This document shows positions 1-9,353 of a stretch of DNA of 64,000 nucleotides, one piece after another (the first letter of the stretch is position 1; every line of letters begins with the position of its first letter). The notes under the pieces are model-generated. The model did not search any database. It was given only the letters and a program-made list of their open reading frames with translations, and was not told the origin of the DNA. The stretch comes from Patescibacteria group bacterium (lineage in GTDB: Bacteria > Patescibacteriota > Dojkabacteria > GCA-002793355). The position numbers and the translations under genes are program-made. Where the stretch lies: positions 399,462-463,461 of the forward strand of contig BOKM01000001.1 in the NCBI GenBank assembly GCA_016860985.1, given 5' to 3'.

Positions 1-519
1 AAATATCACAGTTATTACATACTGCTGGCGCTTATTTTTACCTTTTGGTATCACCCAATGGAAATCACTCCGGGGCATCTTATTGGATTCTTCTATATGT
101 TTCTATTAATGCTTCAATCAACGCTCCTCTACACCAAACAGCACTTGTCACGTTATTGGATTTTTATTCTCGAAATAATGGTACTCTTTCACGGTACTAC
201 GGTGGCAATCGGTCAAGGAACAGCCACAAGAGACGTTTGGCCTTTATTTGCATTTGGTTTCGGCCTCATTGCGGTTTGTACTCAAATCTATCTTTTGGCT
301 CTTCCAAAATGGGCAAATATTTCACTGCAAATTATGTACGTGCTCTCTGTATTAGCAGTATATTCTGGTAATATTGGGGTTAAAAGGACTTATTCACAAC
401 TCTACGAGTTATCATTTATTCCAGTAACAGAATACGGGATTGTTCTAATTTTGGCAGGCATCGGAGCAATTGCTACCTACATAATTCGTAAGAGTGCTCG
501 AAAGCCTCTCGACGCATAG
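1..519 (+). CDS. Multi-pass membrane protein, 5'-truncated by the window edge
   Basis: Frame is open from base 1 (KYHSYYILLALIFTFWYHPME...) into the 58..519 ORF; several hydrophobic helices. Confidence 0.75.
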   Translation, partial: KYHSYYILLALIFTFWYHPMEITPGHLIGFFYMFLLMLQSTLLYTKQHLSRYWIFILEIMVLFHGTTVAIGQGTATRDVWPLFAFGFGLIAVCTQIYLLALPKWANISLQIMYVLSVLAVYSGNIGVKRTYSQLYELSFIPVTEYGIVLILAGIGAIATYIIRKSARKPLDA

Positions 520-1031
520 TACGACTCAGCACCGTTGTGATACACATAGACTTTGCCGTATCTTTTATCTGCAAACTCTGCACCACCGCGTGCCCTTACC
601 GCTTCAGGGGTTTGAATCCAACTAGACGTTTTTATATCAAAATCGCCATATTGCTGTAACTTACGATACCATGTCTCATCAAGCAATTGCACACCCATTT
701 CTTCGGCCATCTGAACTGCACTTCCCTTGGGTTTAGCTGTTTTGCGTGATTGCAGCGCGGCATCATCGTAACACAAATTTCTTCTGGCAACTGGCGATTC
801 AGGTGCAAAATCACAAAAGATGAGTTCCCCAGATTTGGAACTGAACTCAATTACATCAGGTTCTCCGCCTGAATCTTCCATTTTCTGTAAAGTCTCTAAT
901 CCTTTCGGAGATGCAAGCAGTAACTTTGCCATCACCTCACTCCATTGAATTCCCTTATGGCGATTAGGATGAGCGATGAAACGTGCTTCCAGAATATTGA
1001 GCAATTGTTCGTATTGTTTATTTTTCTGCAT
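477..1031 (-). CDS. DUF4256 family protein
   Basis: Motifs MEDSGGEPDV, ESP..RRNLCYD, FDIKTSSW and YHNGAESYYASRGFR are characteristic of DUF4256. Confidence 0.85.
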   Translation of the reverse strand: MQKNKQYEQLLNILEARFIAHPNRHKGIQWSEVMAKLLLASPKGLETLQKMEDSGGEPDVIEFSSKSGELIFCDFAPESPVARRNLCYDDAALQSRKTAKPKGSAVQMAEEMGVQLLDETWYRKLQQYGDFDIKTSSWIQTPEAVRARGGAEFADKRYGKVYVYHNGAESYYASRGFRALLRIM

Positions 1032-1118
1032 AACTATAGTAACACATAGAAGTATTCGCCCCCATTGTTGCTAAAAAATATGTAACTGCTGCCCACCAAG
1101 CTACTAGCGACATCATTC

Positions 1119-2507
1119 CTAGCTCTTCTCCTGAGAATTTTGTGCGTCTACCCACACGTAGAGATTCTTTACTGTTTTTAATATTCTGGCAACTCCGTAC
1201 AACCTTTCCCTTTCACTATTAATTTCGCTTCCCTCCACCCGCACAAGCTCTGGTTCCATCGCATTACCCGTCAGCACAGACATGTAATCGGCAGGGAGAA
1301 AGTCTACGGCTAAGGGGTTCCCCTCACGCTTTTGACCTCTAGGGACATACGCAGTAAGAGGTTTGTCAATACGACTAGCCCCGTTCCACCATTTGACACC
1401 AGGTCTATTCCATTCTTTAGCACTTCCGTCATCGTTAACGTGCCAGTGACCACCCCAAATGACAATATTTTCTTCAACAAACTGAGTCGCCCACTCTAGA
1501 CCTTCTCCTGTTACCTGTCGGTAATACTCAATGAGCTGCTTTTGCATTTTAATTGGATCGTGTGCATAAATAACCGTTTGCATCGACTCGCAGGTTGTAA
1601 TAACCCTACTCATAAGTTCTTGCTGGACGGCAGCTTCTCGCCTACGTAAAGCAACTATATCCTCAAGCAGCGCAGGTGCTGCTTTATCGAGTGCAACATC
1701 CTTTACAAGTGATTTTCTGAGCGTATCAGGAGACCCCGAATCATCAAGAAGTTCTGAATCCAAAAAGACGACTTGCTGATTTTTTTTAGTATCCACAATT
1801 GCGCCTATAGCTGAGCCATAATATTTTCGGAGCATATACCAGCGCAAACCAGGGGCAATAACATGACGCTTATAATCTTCTGGCGTTTCATCTAAACGCG
1901 CAAACAATTCTGACATACTGCCACCCTGTTCAATGTGAGATAGCATGTTTTGATACGTATCTAGCGACATATGAGGTAACCGAGCAGCAAATGTATTGTA
2001 ACGCAAAATTCTGTCCCACGATTTAAAATCAGTATCGTGGTTGCCATTCATAACGATGGTTCCTAAAAATCCTTCTTTCTGTGAATGAGCACTACTCCTA
2101 GATAAACGATTGTTAAAGTAGTTCTCATGAAAGGCCATATCACCTAGAATACCAAAAAGCGTCATTGAATCTGTTACGTCGCCACCATGAATCAAAAGAT
2201 CTGCCTTTTGCAACGCACCCGCTACAGTCTTACGCGCAGCATGTAGCGCAATTTGGTTCATTTGTGAGAGCTTACGATATTGATTTCTAAACCACTTAAA
2301 CCGAGCAAGTCCCAAAGGATCACCTTTCCCGTTTGAAATTGCTTCTTGCTTCATTACAGACCATTGATTCGTTTGATAGTGGGTATCTGTTATACCTGCA
2401 ATATCTGGTATATCGCGCTCGACAACCGGAGTTTCAGCAGTAAAGGGTGATTGAAGCCGTACGTTTTTTTGTGTATATTGTCGGGTTTCTGCCTGAGGCT
2501 CAGTCAT
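1119..2507 (-). CDS. Calcineurin-like metallophosphoesterase, divergent, with insertions
   Basis: All five metal-binding motifs in order: DTH, GGDVTD, NGNHD, HDP, GHWH. Confidence 0.7.
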   Translation of the reverse strand: MTEPQAETRQYTQKNVRLQSPFTAETPVVERDIPDIAGITDTHYQTNQWSVMKQEAISNGKGDPLGLARFKWFRNQYRKLSQMNQIALHAARKTVAGALQKADLLIHGGDVTDSMTLFGILGDMAFHENYFNNRLSRSSAHSQKEGFLGTIVMNGNHDTDFKSWDRILRYNTFAARLPHMSLDTYQNMLSHIEQGGSMSELFARLDETPEDYKRHVIAPGLRWYMLRKYYGSAIGAIVDTKKNQQVVFLDSELLDDSGSPDTLRKSLVKDVALDKAAPALLEDIVALRRREAAVQQELMSRVITTCESMQTVIYAHDPIKMQKQLIEYYRQVTGEGLEWATQFVEENIVIWGGHWHVNDDGSAKEWNRPGVKWWNGASRIDKPLTAYVPRGQKREGNPLAVDFLPADYMSVLTGNAMEPELVRVEGSEINSERERLYGVARILKTVKNLYVWVDAQNSQEKS

Positions 2508-2583
2508 ATCGAATTATACCATTTTGCCTAACATTTTACTCATGATTGCTTCTCATTTTCCTTTGTTTGCTGTACTATGAATA

Positions 2584-3234
2584 ATGCCTCAAGAAAATAT
2601 GAATGAGCAACTCTCGTTGCAAGATTTTATCTCTCGTTGCCGCGAAGCAGACGTTAACGATCTGATTATCCGAGACAACCTCCTACAAGTTGGCTGGAGA
2701 AAAGATATTATCGACAAAGCACTCGCAGGAAACATTCCTGTCCCAATCCCCCAAGAAAAAGAAAAAGGAAGTCGCTCAATGTGGGATGCCTTTGAACATA
2801 TTCTTCTCTTTATTTCACTCTATACTTTGGTAATCTCTATCGGGAATATTTTCTATCGATTAATAGACATCTATGTTCCAGAATTACTCAATTCATATTC
2901 GTATTATTCTGGCGCAGATTCCTTTTCTAGCCCACTAGCTGCAGCAATTGTTTCGTTCCCGTTATTCCTCTTTTTCTTTGTACGCATTGCAAAAAGGACT
3001 GCACAATTACCAGCAATACGGAACTTGCCCGTACGTAAGCAGCTAATTTACGGCACACTTATTCTCGCCTTCATAATTGCGCTTATCGATATAATTGCAC
3101 TTATTTACAACGTGTTATCAGGTGATTTAACCAGTAACTCTTTCATGAAAATGCTTGTGGTGCTTACCCTCGCGGGGGCAGTCGCAGGCTACTACTTAAT
3201 TCAAATTAGAGAAGATGCAGCTATTAGGGATTAA
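2584..3234 (+). CDS. DUF5671-like membrane protein
   Basis: N-terminal L..GW...I motif, then DAFEHILLFISLY and four TM helices, as in CPR DUF5671 proteins. Confidence 0.65.
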   Translation: MPQENMNEQLSLQDFISRCREADVNDLIIRDNLLQVGWRKDIIDKALAGNIPVPIPQEKEKGSRSMWDAFEHILLFISLYTLVISIGNIFYRLIDIYVPELLNSYSYYSGADSFSSPLAAAIVSFPLFLFFFVRIAKRTAQLPAIRNLPVRKQLIYGTLILAFIIALIDIIALIYNVLSGDLTSNSFMKMLVVLTLAGAVAGYYLIQIREDAAIRD

Positions 3235-3721
3235 CAAGGCAGAAAAATTCTTTCTTACTTTTTTAGGAGTACTTGCACTTATTGCAATTATTGTTCCCTT
3301 CACTTCTTTCACAAACCCTAAAAAGCAACTGGGAATAAAACTTGATCAGCAACGAATTAGCCAGTTCAGCTCTTTGTACGGCTTTATACAGAGTTACTAC
3401 AAATCAAACGCGTCACTCCCTTCAGACCTCAGCTTTGTGACAACAGAAGCTATTGTACGAGACCCTGAAACACAAGCCCCTATCGATTACGAAATTGTCA
3501 GCCAAACGTCATTCAAATTATGTACGACGTTCAGCACCGATTCGACCGATGCTACCTACAAAAATTATCGTGACGTAATGCCAATCTACAACGAAGGCAC
3601 GACAAATTACAATCACAAAAAAGGTTACGATTGCATCGTATTTAGAGTCACGTTTGTTCCGACACCGACCGATTATCCAATCTACAACGAGGGTACGGAA
3701 GAAGAAGTGATGCCTCAATAA
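3215..3721 (+). CDS. Membrane-anchored pilin/GspG-like hypothetical protein
   Basis: N-terminal TM, D.QR, YY....LP, DPET..P.DY and F.LC..F motifs; overlaps the upstream gene. Confidence 0.55.
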   Translation: MQLLGINKAEKFFLTFLGVLALIAIIVPFTSFTNPKKQLGIKLDQQRISQFSSLYGFIQSYYKSNASLPSDLSFVTTEAIVRDPETQAPIDYEIVSQTSFKLCTTFSTDSTDATYKNYRDVMPIYNEGTTNYNHKKGYDCIVFRVTFVPTPTDYPIYNEGTEEEVMPQ

Positions 3722-3748
3722 CGATTCTTAAATAAAAGTCTTTAGCGG

Positions 3749-4207
3749 TTATTTCATCCCCTTTTCAACCAATTCACCGATTTTTGACTCATCTTCGAGA
3801 AAATAATACTTGTAGGAATAATCTTCTTTTACAATATCGCTGTTAATACGTTGAAGTGTATCTGAAATCAGTCGATTATTTTGCTTTTTACCAAGTACAA
3901 CAAAAGATATTTTTGCTTGATTCTTAACTGAAAGAAATATTTTGTAAGATTTTTCCATTCCAAACAGAATAAACGATTCAAATATTTTGTTAACCTCTAT
4001 ATTAGAGAGATCCGTAATTGCGATATATTCACCTCTTATTGTGCTCGTCATCAAGCGTACCTGCTTCATGAGCGCTACCAAGCCGCCGATTGTAGGTACT
4101 CCAGAAATAGTAACGCGCAGCAATGGAATGGTCGAACGCCCTTTTTTATGTGAGTCAAACTCGTAATCCTGTAAACTAACAGATATTCCTTTTGGTAATT
4201 CCTCCAT
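3749..4207 (-). CDS. Hypothetical protein, possibly STAS/SEC14-like
   Basis: 152-aa ORF; TACACT box 5 nt before the ATG; IAITDLS strand is weakly SpoIIAA-like. Confidence 0.5.
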   Translation of the reverse strand: MEELPKGISVSLQDYEFDSHKKGRSTIPLLRVTISGVPTIGGLVALMKQVRLMTSTIRGEYIAITDLSNIEVNKIFESFILFGMEKSYKIFLSVKNQAKISFVVLGKKQNNRLISDTLQRINSDIVKEDYSYKYYFLEDESKIGELVEKGMK

Positions 4208-4273
4208 TTCTTAGTGTATACAAAATTCCCAAACATGGCAAAACGATAGGGTGTGAAAGATGTATAATCGAAT

Positions 4274-4810
4274 ATGATATATAGAAATCAGCAACAAAGA
4301 GTCGCCGTTCTCGTCGACGTTCAAAATCTGTACTATTCGGCAAAGGGTGTGTATAAGGCACATGTTTCTTACAAGAACCTTCTTTCACTTTGTATTCAGA
4401 ATCGTGTGCTTACTCGGGCAATTGCCTACGTGATACGAACACCGCAACGGACAGAAGATACTTTCTTGGAAGCAATCAACTCTGCAGGGTTCGAGGTAAA
4501 AGAAAAGGATCTCCAAGTATTTGCCGACGGCGCAATGAAAGGAGATTGGGACTTAGGCATCGCCATGGATGCAATTCGGCTTGGTCATAAAGTTGACTCA
4601 ATTATCCTCTGCTCGGGTGATGGGGATTACGTTCCCGTTGTAAACTATCTTCAGCAGTCTCTTGGGTGCTTGGTAGAAGTTGTTGCCTTTGGAAAAACCG
4701 CAAACAAACAATTAAAAGAGATTGCAGACGATTTTATAAACCTAGACGAGCAAGCAAATTCAATTTTGTTTAGACCAAGAAGGAACAAGGTAAAAAGGAC
4801 CGCGCAATAA
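4274..4810 (+). CDS. NYN domain (LabA/DUF88) PIN-like protein
   Basis: VLVDVQNLY, KGDWDLGIAMD, SGDGDY and ADDFI motifs. Confidence 0.9.
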   Translation: MIYRNQQQRVAVLVDVQNLYYSAKGVYKAHVSYKNLLSLCIQNRVLTRAIAYVIRTPQRTEDTFLEAINSAGFEVKEKDLQVFADGAMKGDWDLGIAMDAIRLGHKVDSIILCSGDGDYVPVVNYLQQSLGCLVEVVAFGKTANKQLKEIADDFINLDEQANSILFRPRRNKVKRTAQ

Positions 4811-4877
4811 CCCATAGTATTTTACTTTTCTTGTGTATTACTGTACAATTACGTGTAAAACCAACTTGACATGATCA

Positions 4878-5645
4878 GTGGTGCAACAAGAAAGCATCAG
4901 TATCCTCCCCGTTGCGAAGGACGACACTGACAAAATAAACGAGTGCGCAACACTCTTGGCAAACGAATTTGCGGATACTCTACGCGCAAAAGAGGAATAT
5001 CAAAAGAATGTAAAACTCTTTTCTTCTCCTACTTCCTACTGTTTTCAGGTTACAGCAAACAATCGATTTATCGGTATTATTGCGCTCAATTGTCACCCTT
5101 GGGAACAAATTAAAGAGCAGCTTTACCTCTCTCCTTCCACAAATAATGTAAAAGAAGAATTTAAGGAAGTTTCACTTGTTCCTTTTCGTACACTTATTGA
5201 ACACAAAAAATTAAAACCGCAAATGGTTGTTGATTACGCTTACACTTATATCTGCCCCTCTGAACGTGGCAAAGGATATGCAAGCAAGGCGTGGGAACTC
5301 CAAGAAGAATATGTATTAAGAAACTTTCCGAACTCTATTGGAATTATTATCGTCAGAAAAGCCAACTGCGCGCGAACAGATTGTCAAACTGTACTCCTTC
5401 ATATGCTCGCAAAAGAGCGACAGGCACAAGGCTTAGACCCTTCTGCATACGTGCAGGTAAAAGGAATCCCAATCTCCACAAAAGAAATAAAAAAAGCTGC
5501 ACAGATTTCGTACCCTATTTCTTTTTACAATGGTGTACAAGAAATGTCACATCTAGCAACTAAATATGGATTTACACCCTTTGCATTTACCAAAGCGTTT
5601 TGTCCTGTGTTTATCAAGAAAAATACTCCTACTCATGCAGAGTAA
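4878..5645 (+). CDS. GNAT-fold acetyltransferase-like protein
   Basis: Acetyl-CoA binding motif A: YICPSERGKGYA. Confidence 0.6.
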   Translation: MVQQESISILPVAKDDTDKINECATLLANEFADTLRAKEEYQKNVKLFSSPTSYCFQVTANNRFIGIIALNCHPWEQIKEQLYLSPSTNNVKEEFKEVSLVPFRTLIEHKKLKPQMVVDYAYTYICPSERGKGYASKAWELQEEYVLRNFPNSIGIIIVRKANCARTDCQTVLLHMLAKERQAQGLDPSAYVQVKGIPISTKEIKKAAQISYPISFYNGVQEMSHLATKYGFTPFAFTKAFCPVFIKKNTPTHAE

Positions 5646-8600
5646 GGTCGAGTGTTAACACGCGAACACGTTCTTTACCTTCAGGAAGGATCTCAATAAA
5701 CGGAACCCCTGAAGCAAACATTTTCGTAGTGTCCATAAGCTTTAGGTGATAGCGAGCATTTGGAACAACAAAGCTATATTCGCCTGACGTACTCGTAAAC
5801 GTACGGTAAAGCAAAGTATTGAACTCTGGATCAAACAACCCCAGCTCTAGCCCAGCAACTGCTACACCTTTGGTAGTTTTAACACTTCCGGTCGACTTTT
5901 TAGGAAGGAGCTGCACAATCTTAGCCAACAACAGCAACACATACACGCCAAGCACAATGAAGTTGTATTTGTGAGGATAGATATACGCAATATACCCTCC
6001 ATACGCAAAGCCGCCTAACAACAGTGCGTTGCTAAAGAACTCAATCACCTTTGTGAACATACTTTGAGCCTGTAAACGCTTTCGTTCTTGGTCGGAAAGC
6101 GTAACCGAATCGAGCGGAATCGAAAAGAGCATTCCTTCCGAAGCGTTTGTCAACTCAATCTCTTGACCTTTATAGATATTATTAAAACCACCATCATTAT
6201 CAGCAGTTATTACAGAAGAAGGGAAGGTGTATCCGGCAAGTGTCACTGAAATGGTAAAGACACCTTGTTTTGGACTGAGACGAAAACTTCCTGTTGCATC
6301 TGAAACTACGGTATCTGCAATCTCTTTGTTGATATGTATCAACCGTACAACGGCTCGAGGAAGTGGCTTCTTTGTACGAGAGTCGTACACTACCCCACAT
6401 TTCTGTCGTTTTTTTCTACTGATAAACCCAGCCAAAGAGAGCCAGATATTCCCAAAGATAGTTGGTTGCTGTAACGCAATGACTGCTTCAATCGCAAGCA
6501 TGCTTGACCCAACCACAATTGTGTTACGCCAAGGGAGTTCAGTTGCTACCATTACAGTTACTGTTTTTACGGCTGTGCAATAGCCATTGTCAGCCGTAAT
6601 ACTATACTCTTTTGTTATTTCTGGCTTAAAAGTTACTGAATCCACCGGAGTAAAATCCTCTTTAAAGCCCGCAATGCGAACGATTTCTGTATTTTTTGTT
6701 GTCCACGAAAGAGTAATTTCTCCTCCTTTTTTTATTAGTGTTTCAGAGGTAGTAAATGTATCAAAAGTTGGGCACGCCGGAGTCGTTCCTTTTACCACTG
6801 GAGGCAAGGTTACAGCTGCGATTACACGAGGAGTGGATACCGGGGTTGCGACAATAGTATTCGTTGGAGTCGTGGTTGGTGTAAGCGTGACGGTTGTTGT
6901 CGGAGTCGCAGTAACGGTTGTTGTTGGTGTGGCAGTTGGAGTTGTTGTGCCATAACTCATGGCACCAGTTCCATCTAACCCACTTACCTTCCAGTACTCT
7001 TTGCCATCAACAGTTACTACTTCAAGTTCTGCAGAGCTTTCCGTAAGTACATAGCCACCGGTACAAGTTGAGCTAATGTCCGCAACTGTTACTGCATTTG
7101 GGCAAACGCGAACCGAGGTTTGCCCCGGTAATTTGTAAATATAAATTGAGTGCGTACTTGAAATACCTGGTGCAGTTGTTGGATTAAGATTAACTACGAG
7201 CGACTTTGACGCATTGGGCAATGTGATTGCATTTACTTGACTCCAGTCTCGATCTTCTGACAAATCAATATTAAAATCTGATACAAGATATTCCCCGAAA
7301 GTAAGGAGCGCATTAAGGTTATCAATTCCTGGGCTAGCCGGATTGTAGTACCTGCTCACCAAACTTGTATTCTCAGACGTAGAAAACTGCTCTTCTCCCG
7401 TAATTTCTTCTGCCGTAGATATTACATCTGCACTTGAAATTAGATTGTATATTCGCGTACCTGAAGGCACGAGTTGCACACGGTGGTTCGCCAAGTCTGC
7501 AACGGTAATAACACCTGATACCGGATTACGCGCTAAGCCTCGTGGTTCGTAGTATTCTTCCGTTCCACTCCCTGTTACTGCTCCGTATTTACGAAGAAAT
7601 ACGCCAGAATCGTTGAATACTTGAATTTTAGTATGATAACTCTCTGATACATGAAGATTCCCCTCTTCGTCAAAGGCCATACCTCCAATATCAAAGAAAG
7701 CTCCGTCTGCGTCGCCAGCTTCACCACCAATTGTTCTCACATACGTTCCGTTTGTGTCAAAGACCTGAATCACCGATTTACTTACAATTTCATCATTGTA
7801 TTCTTCGGTTTTTGAAGAGACATAAATCTGATCGCTTGAGTCAATAATAATTGCTAGAATTTGCCCAAACTCTCCATTTGCTTCTCCAAAGGTTCCCCAC
7901 TGGGTAAGGTAATTGCCAGCGCTATCAAATTTCTGCACTCTGTGATTACGCGAATCTCCCACATAGATATTTCCGGTCGAATCGACTGCTATTCCGTAGC
8001 CACCTTGAAATTGCCCATCACCAGTTCCTGCTGCTTCGATGTGCAGTAGCTGTGAGCCATCAAGTGCGAATTTATGAAATCCACTATTATCAGAAACGTA
8101 AATTTGGTCATTTTTTATCGTCATAAAATAGGCTTCAGTGTCAAAAGTAGGTGGTTCAACTATCGTTTCCATATACGTTCCCGCATTTGTGAATTTCTGA
8201 ATTCTGCCTTCATATGCACCGTTATCGAGGACATATAAGTTACCCTCAGAATCGTATGCAACAGCACGAGGGAAACTGAATTTACCCGAAGTAAACCCAC
8301 TATTTCTCACACTCGACACAAATACTCTTGAGCTAGAAAATTTTTGAATCGCTTGATGGTCGTAATCTGCAATGTAATAGTTACCTGCTGAATCTGTAAC
8401 CACATCAACAGGAGTTAATATCTGCCACGCACTATGACCGTGTTCCCCCCACGACCTAATCCAATCACCATCACTTTCGAATTCAATAATTTTGTGACCA
8501 TCTGTTCCGTGTGCAGATGTTACCAATACATCTCCATTTGCTTTTACATGAATACCTCGAGGCACTGCAAGTTGTCCATCTCCATTTCCACAACTGCCGA

Positions 8601-9291
8601 AAGTTCTTATAAATGTCCCCGAAGGAGAAAAAACTTCAACTCTACAGTTGGGTTCAGAATCAACTACATATACATTTCCTGAAGCGTCGGTCGCAACGCC
8701 CTGTGGGTCCATAAACTGCCCATCACCCGAACCTTCTGAACCGAAAGAAGAAATAAATGTACCATTTACGGAGCGTTTAACAACTCTGTGATTATCACCA
8801 TCACTAACATAAAGGCTGTTACTCGCCGAATCGTAATGAATATATGTTGCATTGGAATAAGTTTCTCCTTCAGGTTGATCGAGCCCCCAGGAATCTATAT
8901 ATCCTCCATTACTATCTAGTTTGTAAGTCCAGTGCGCTGTTTGCACATAAAGGTTGTCTTGATTGTCTACAGTAAGTCCGGTAATTCCGATAGAAAACTC
9001 GCCCTCTCCATCGCCATACCTCCCAACAGTTCTTACTATTTCTCCATCTGCGTTCACTTTTACCAAGCGATAATTCAAATGATCGGTATACCAAACGCTT
9101 CCATCTGACATAACAACTAAGCTAACAGGTTTTCCAATATTTCGGTACGACTCAGGTAGATAGACCGCTTGCGACGATTCGGCCTTAACCTCTGGATTAT
9201 CGTTCTTAATGGCAAACGAATTAACACTCGTATACACAGCAACAAAGGAAAAAGCTATAAGGACCCCAAAAAGGTAAAGTTTTTTATTCAT
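5629..9291 (-). CDS. Large surface protein: NHL-repeat beta-propellers, Thr/Pro linker, conserved membrane anchor with carboxypeptidase-regulatory-like domains
   Basis: Signal peptide; many repeats of G.G.GQF..P.GVA.D..GNVYV.D..N.RVQ.F; TPT linker; RKKR..GVVYDS.TK.P module. Confidence 0.85.
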   Translation of the reverse strand: MNKKLYLFGVLIAFSFVAVYTSVNSFAIKNDNPEVKAESSQAVYLPESYRNIGKPVSLVVMSDGSVWYTDHLNYRLVKVNADGEIVRTVGRYGDGEGEFSIGITGLTVDNQDNLYVQTAHWTYKLDSNGGYIDSWGLDQPEGETYSNATYIHYDSASNSLYVSDGDNHRVVKRSVNGTFISSFGSEGSGDGQFMDPQGVATDASGNVYVVDSEPNCRVEVFSPSGTFIRTFGSCGNGDGQLAVPRGIHVKANGDVLVTSAHGTDGHKIIEFESDGDWIRSWGEHGHSAWQILTPVDVVTDSAGNYYIADYDHQAIQKFSSSRVFVSSVRNSGFTSGKFSFPRAVAYDSEGNLYVLDNGAYEGRIQKFTNAGTYMETIVEPPTFDTEAYFMTIKNDQIYVSDNSGFHKFALDGSQLLHIEAAGTGDGQFQGGYGIAVDSTGNIYVGDSRNHRVQKFDSAGNYLTQWGTFGEANGEFGQILAIIIDSSDQIYVSSKTEEYNDEIVSKSVIQVFDTNGTYVRTIGGEAGDADGAFFDIGGMAFDEEGNLHVSESYHTKIQVFNDSGVFLRKYGAVTGSGTEEYYEPRGLARNPVSGVITVADLANHRVQLVPSGTRIYNLISSADVISTAEEITGEEQFSTSENTSLVSRYYNPASPGIDNLNALLTFGEYLVSDFNIDLSEDRDWSQVNAITLPNASKSLVVNLNPTTAPGISSTHSIYIYKLPGQTSVRVCPNAVTVADISSTCTGGYVLTESSAELEVVTVDGKEYWKVSGLDGTGAMSYGTTTPTATPTTTVTATPTTTVTLTPTTTPTNTIVATPVSTPRVIAAVTLPPVVKGTTPACPTFDTFTTSETLIKKGGEITLSWTTKNTEIVRIAGFKEDFTPVDSVTFKPEITKEYSITADNGYCTAVKTVTVMVATELPWRNTIVVGSSMLAIEAVIALQQPTIFGNIWLSLAGFISRKKRQKCGVVYDSRTKKPLPRAVVRLIHINKEIADTVVSDATGSFRLSPKQGVFTISVTLAGYTFPSSVITADNDGGFNNIYKGQEIELTNASEGMLFSIPLDSVTLSDQERKRLQAQSMFTKVIEFFSNALLLGGFAYGGYIAYIYPHKYNFIVLGVYVLLLLAKIVQLLPKKSTGSVKTTKGVAVAGLELGLFDPEFNTLLYRTFTSTSGEYSFVVPNARYHLKLMDTTKMFASGVPFIEILPEGKERVRVLTLDLTLHE

Positions 9292-9318
9292 ATAATACGT
9301 GATTGAATTTGATAATTA

Positions 9319-9347
9319 ACTGTAACGATTATTTAAATAGCCGTCAA
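9319..9347 (-). promoter_or_regulatory. Sigma70 promoter for the NHL surface protein
   Basis: TTGACG-17 nt-TACAGT on the minus strand, upstream of the ATG at 9291. Confidence 0.5.
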
Positions 9348-9353
9348 ATATCG

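Noticed and set aside
4274-5645. NYN plus GNAT as a toxin-antitoxin or defence pair
   Set aside because: LabA/DUF88 proteins are widespread, the genes are 67 bp apart, and there is no antitoxin-like ORF or defence context
6587-6955. Val/Gly-rich ORFs here and at 9973, 43150 and 46133
   Set aside because: Antisense readings of Thr/Pro linkers
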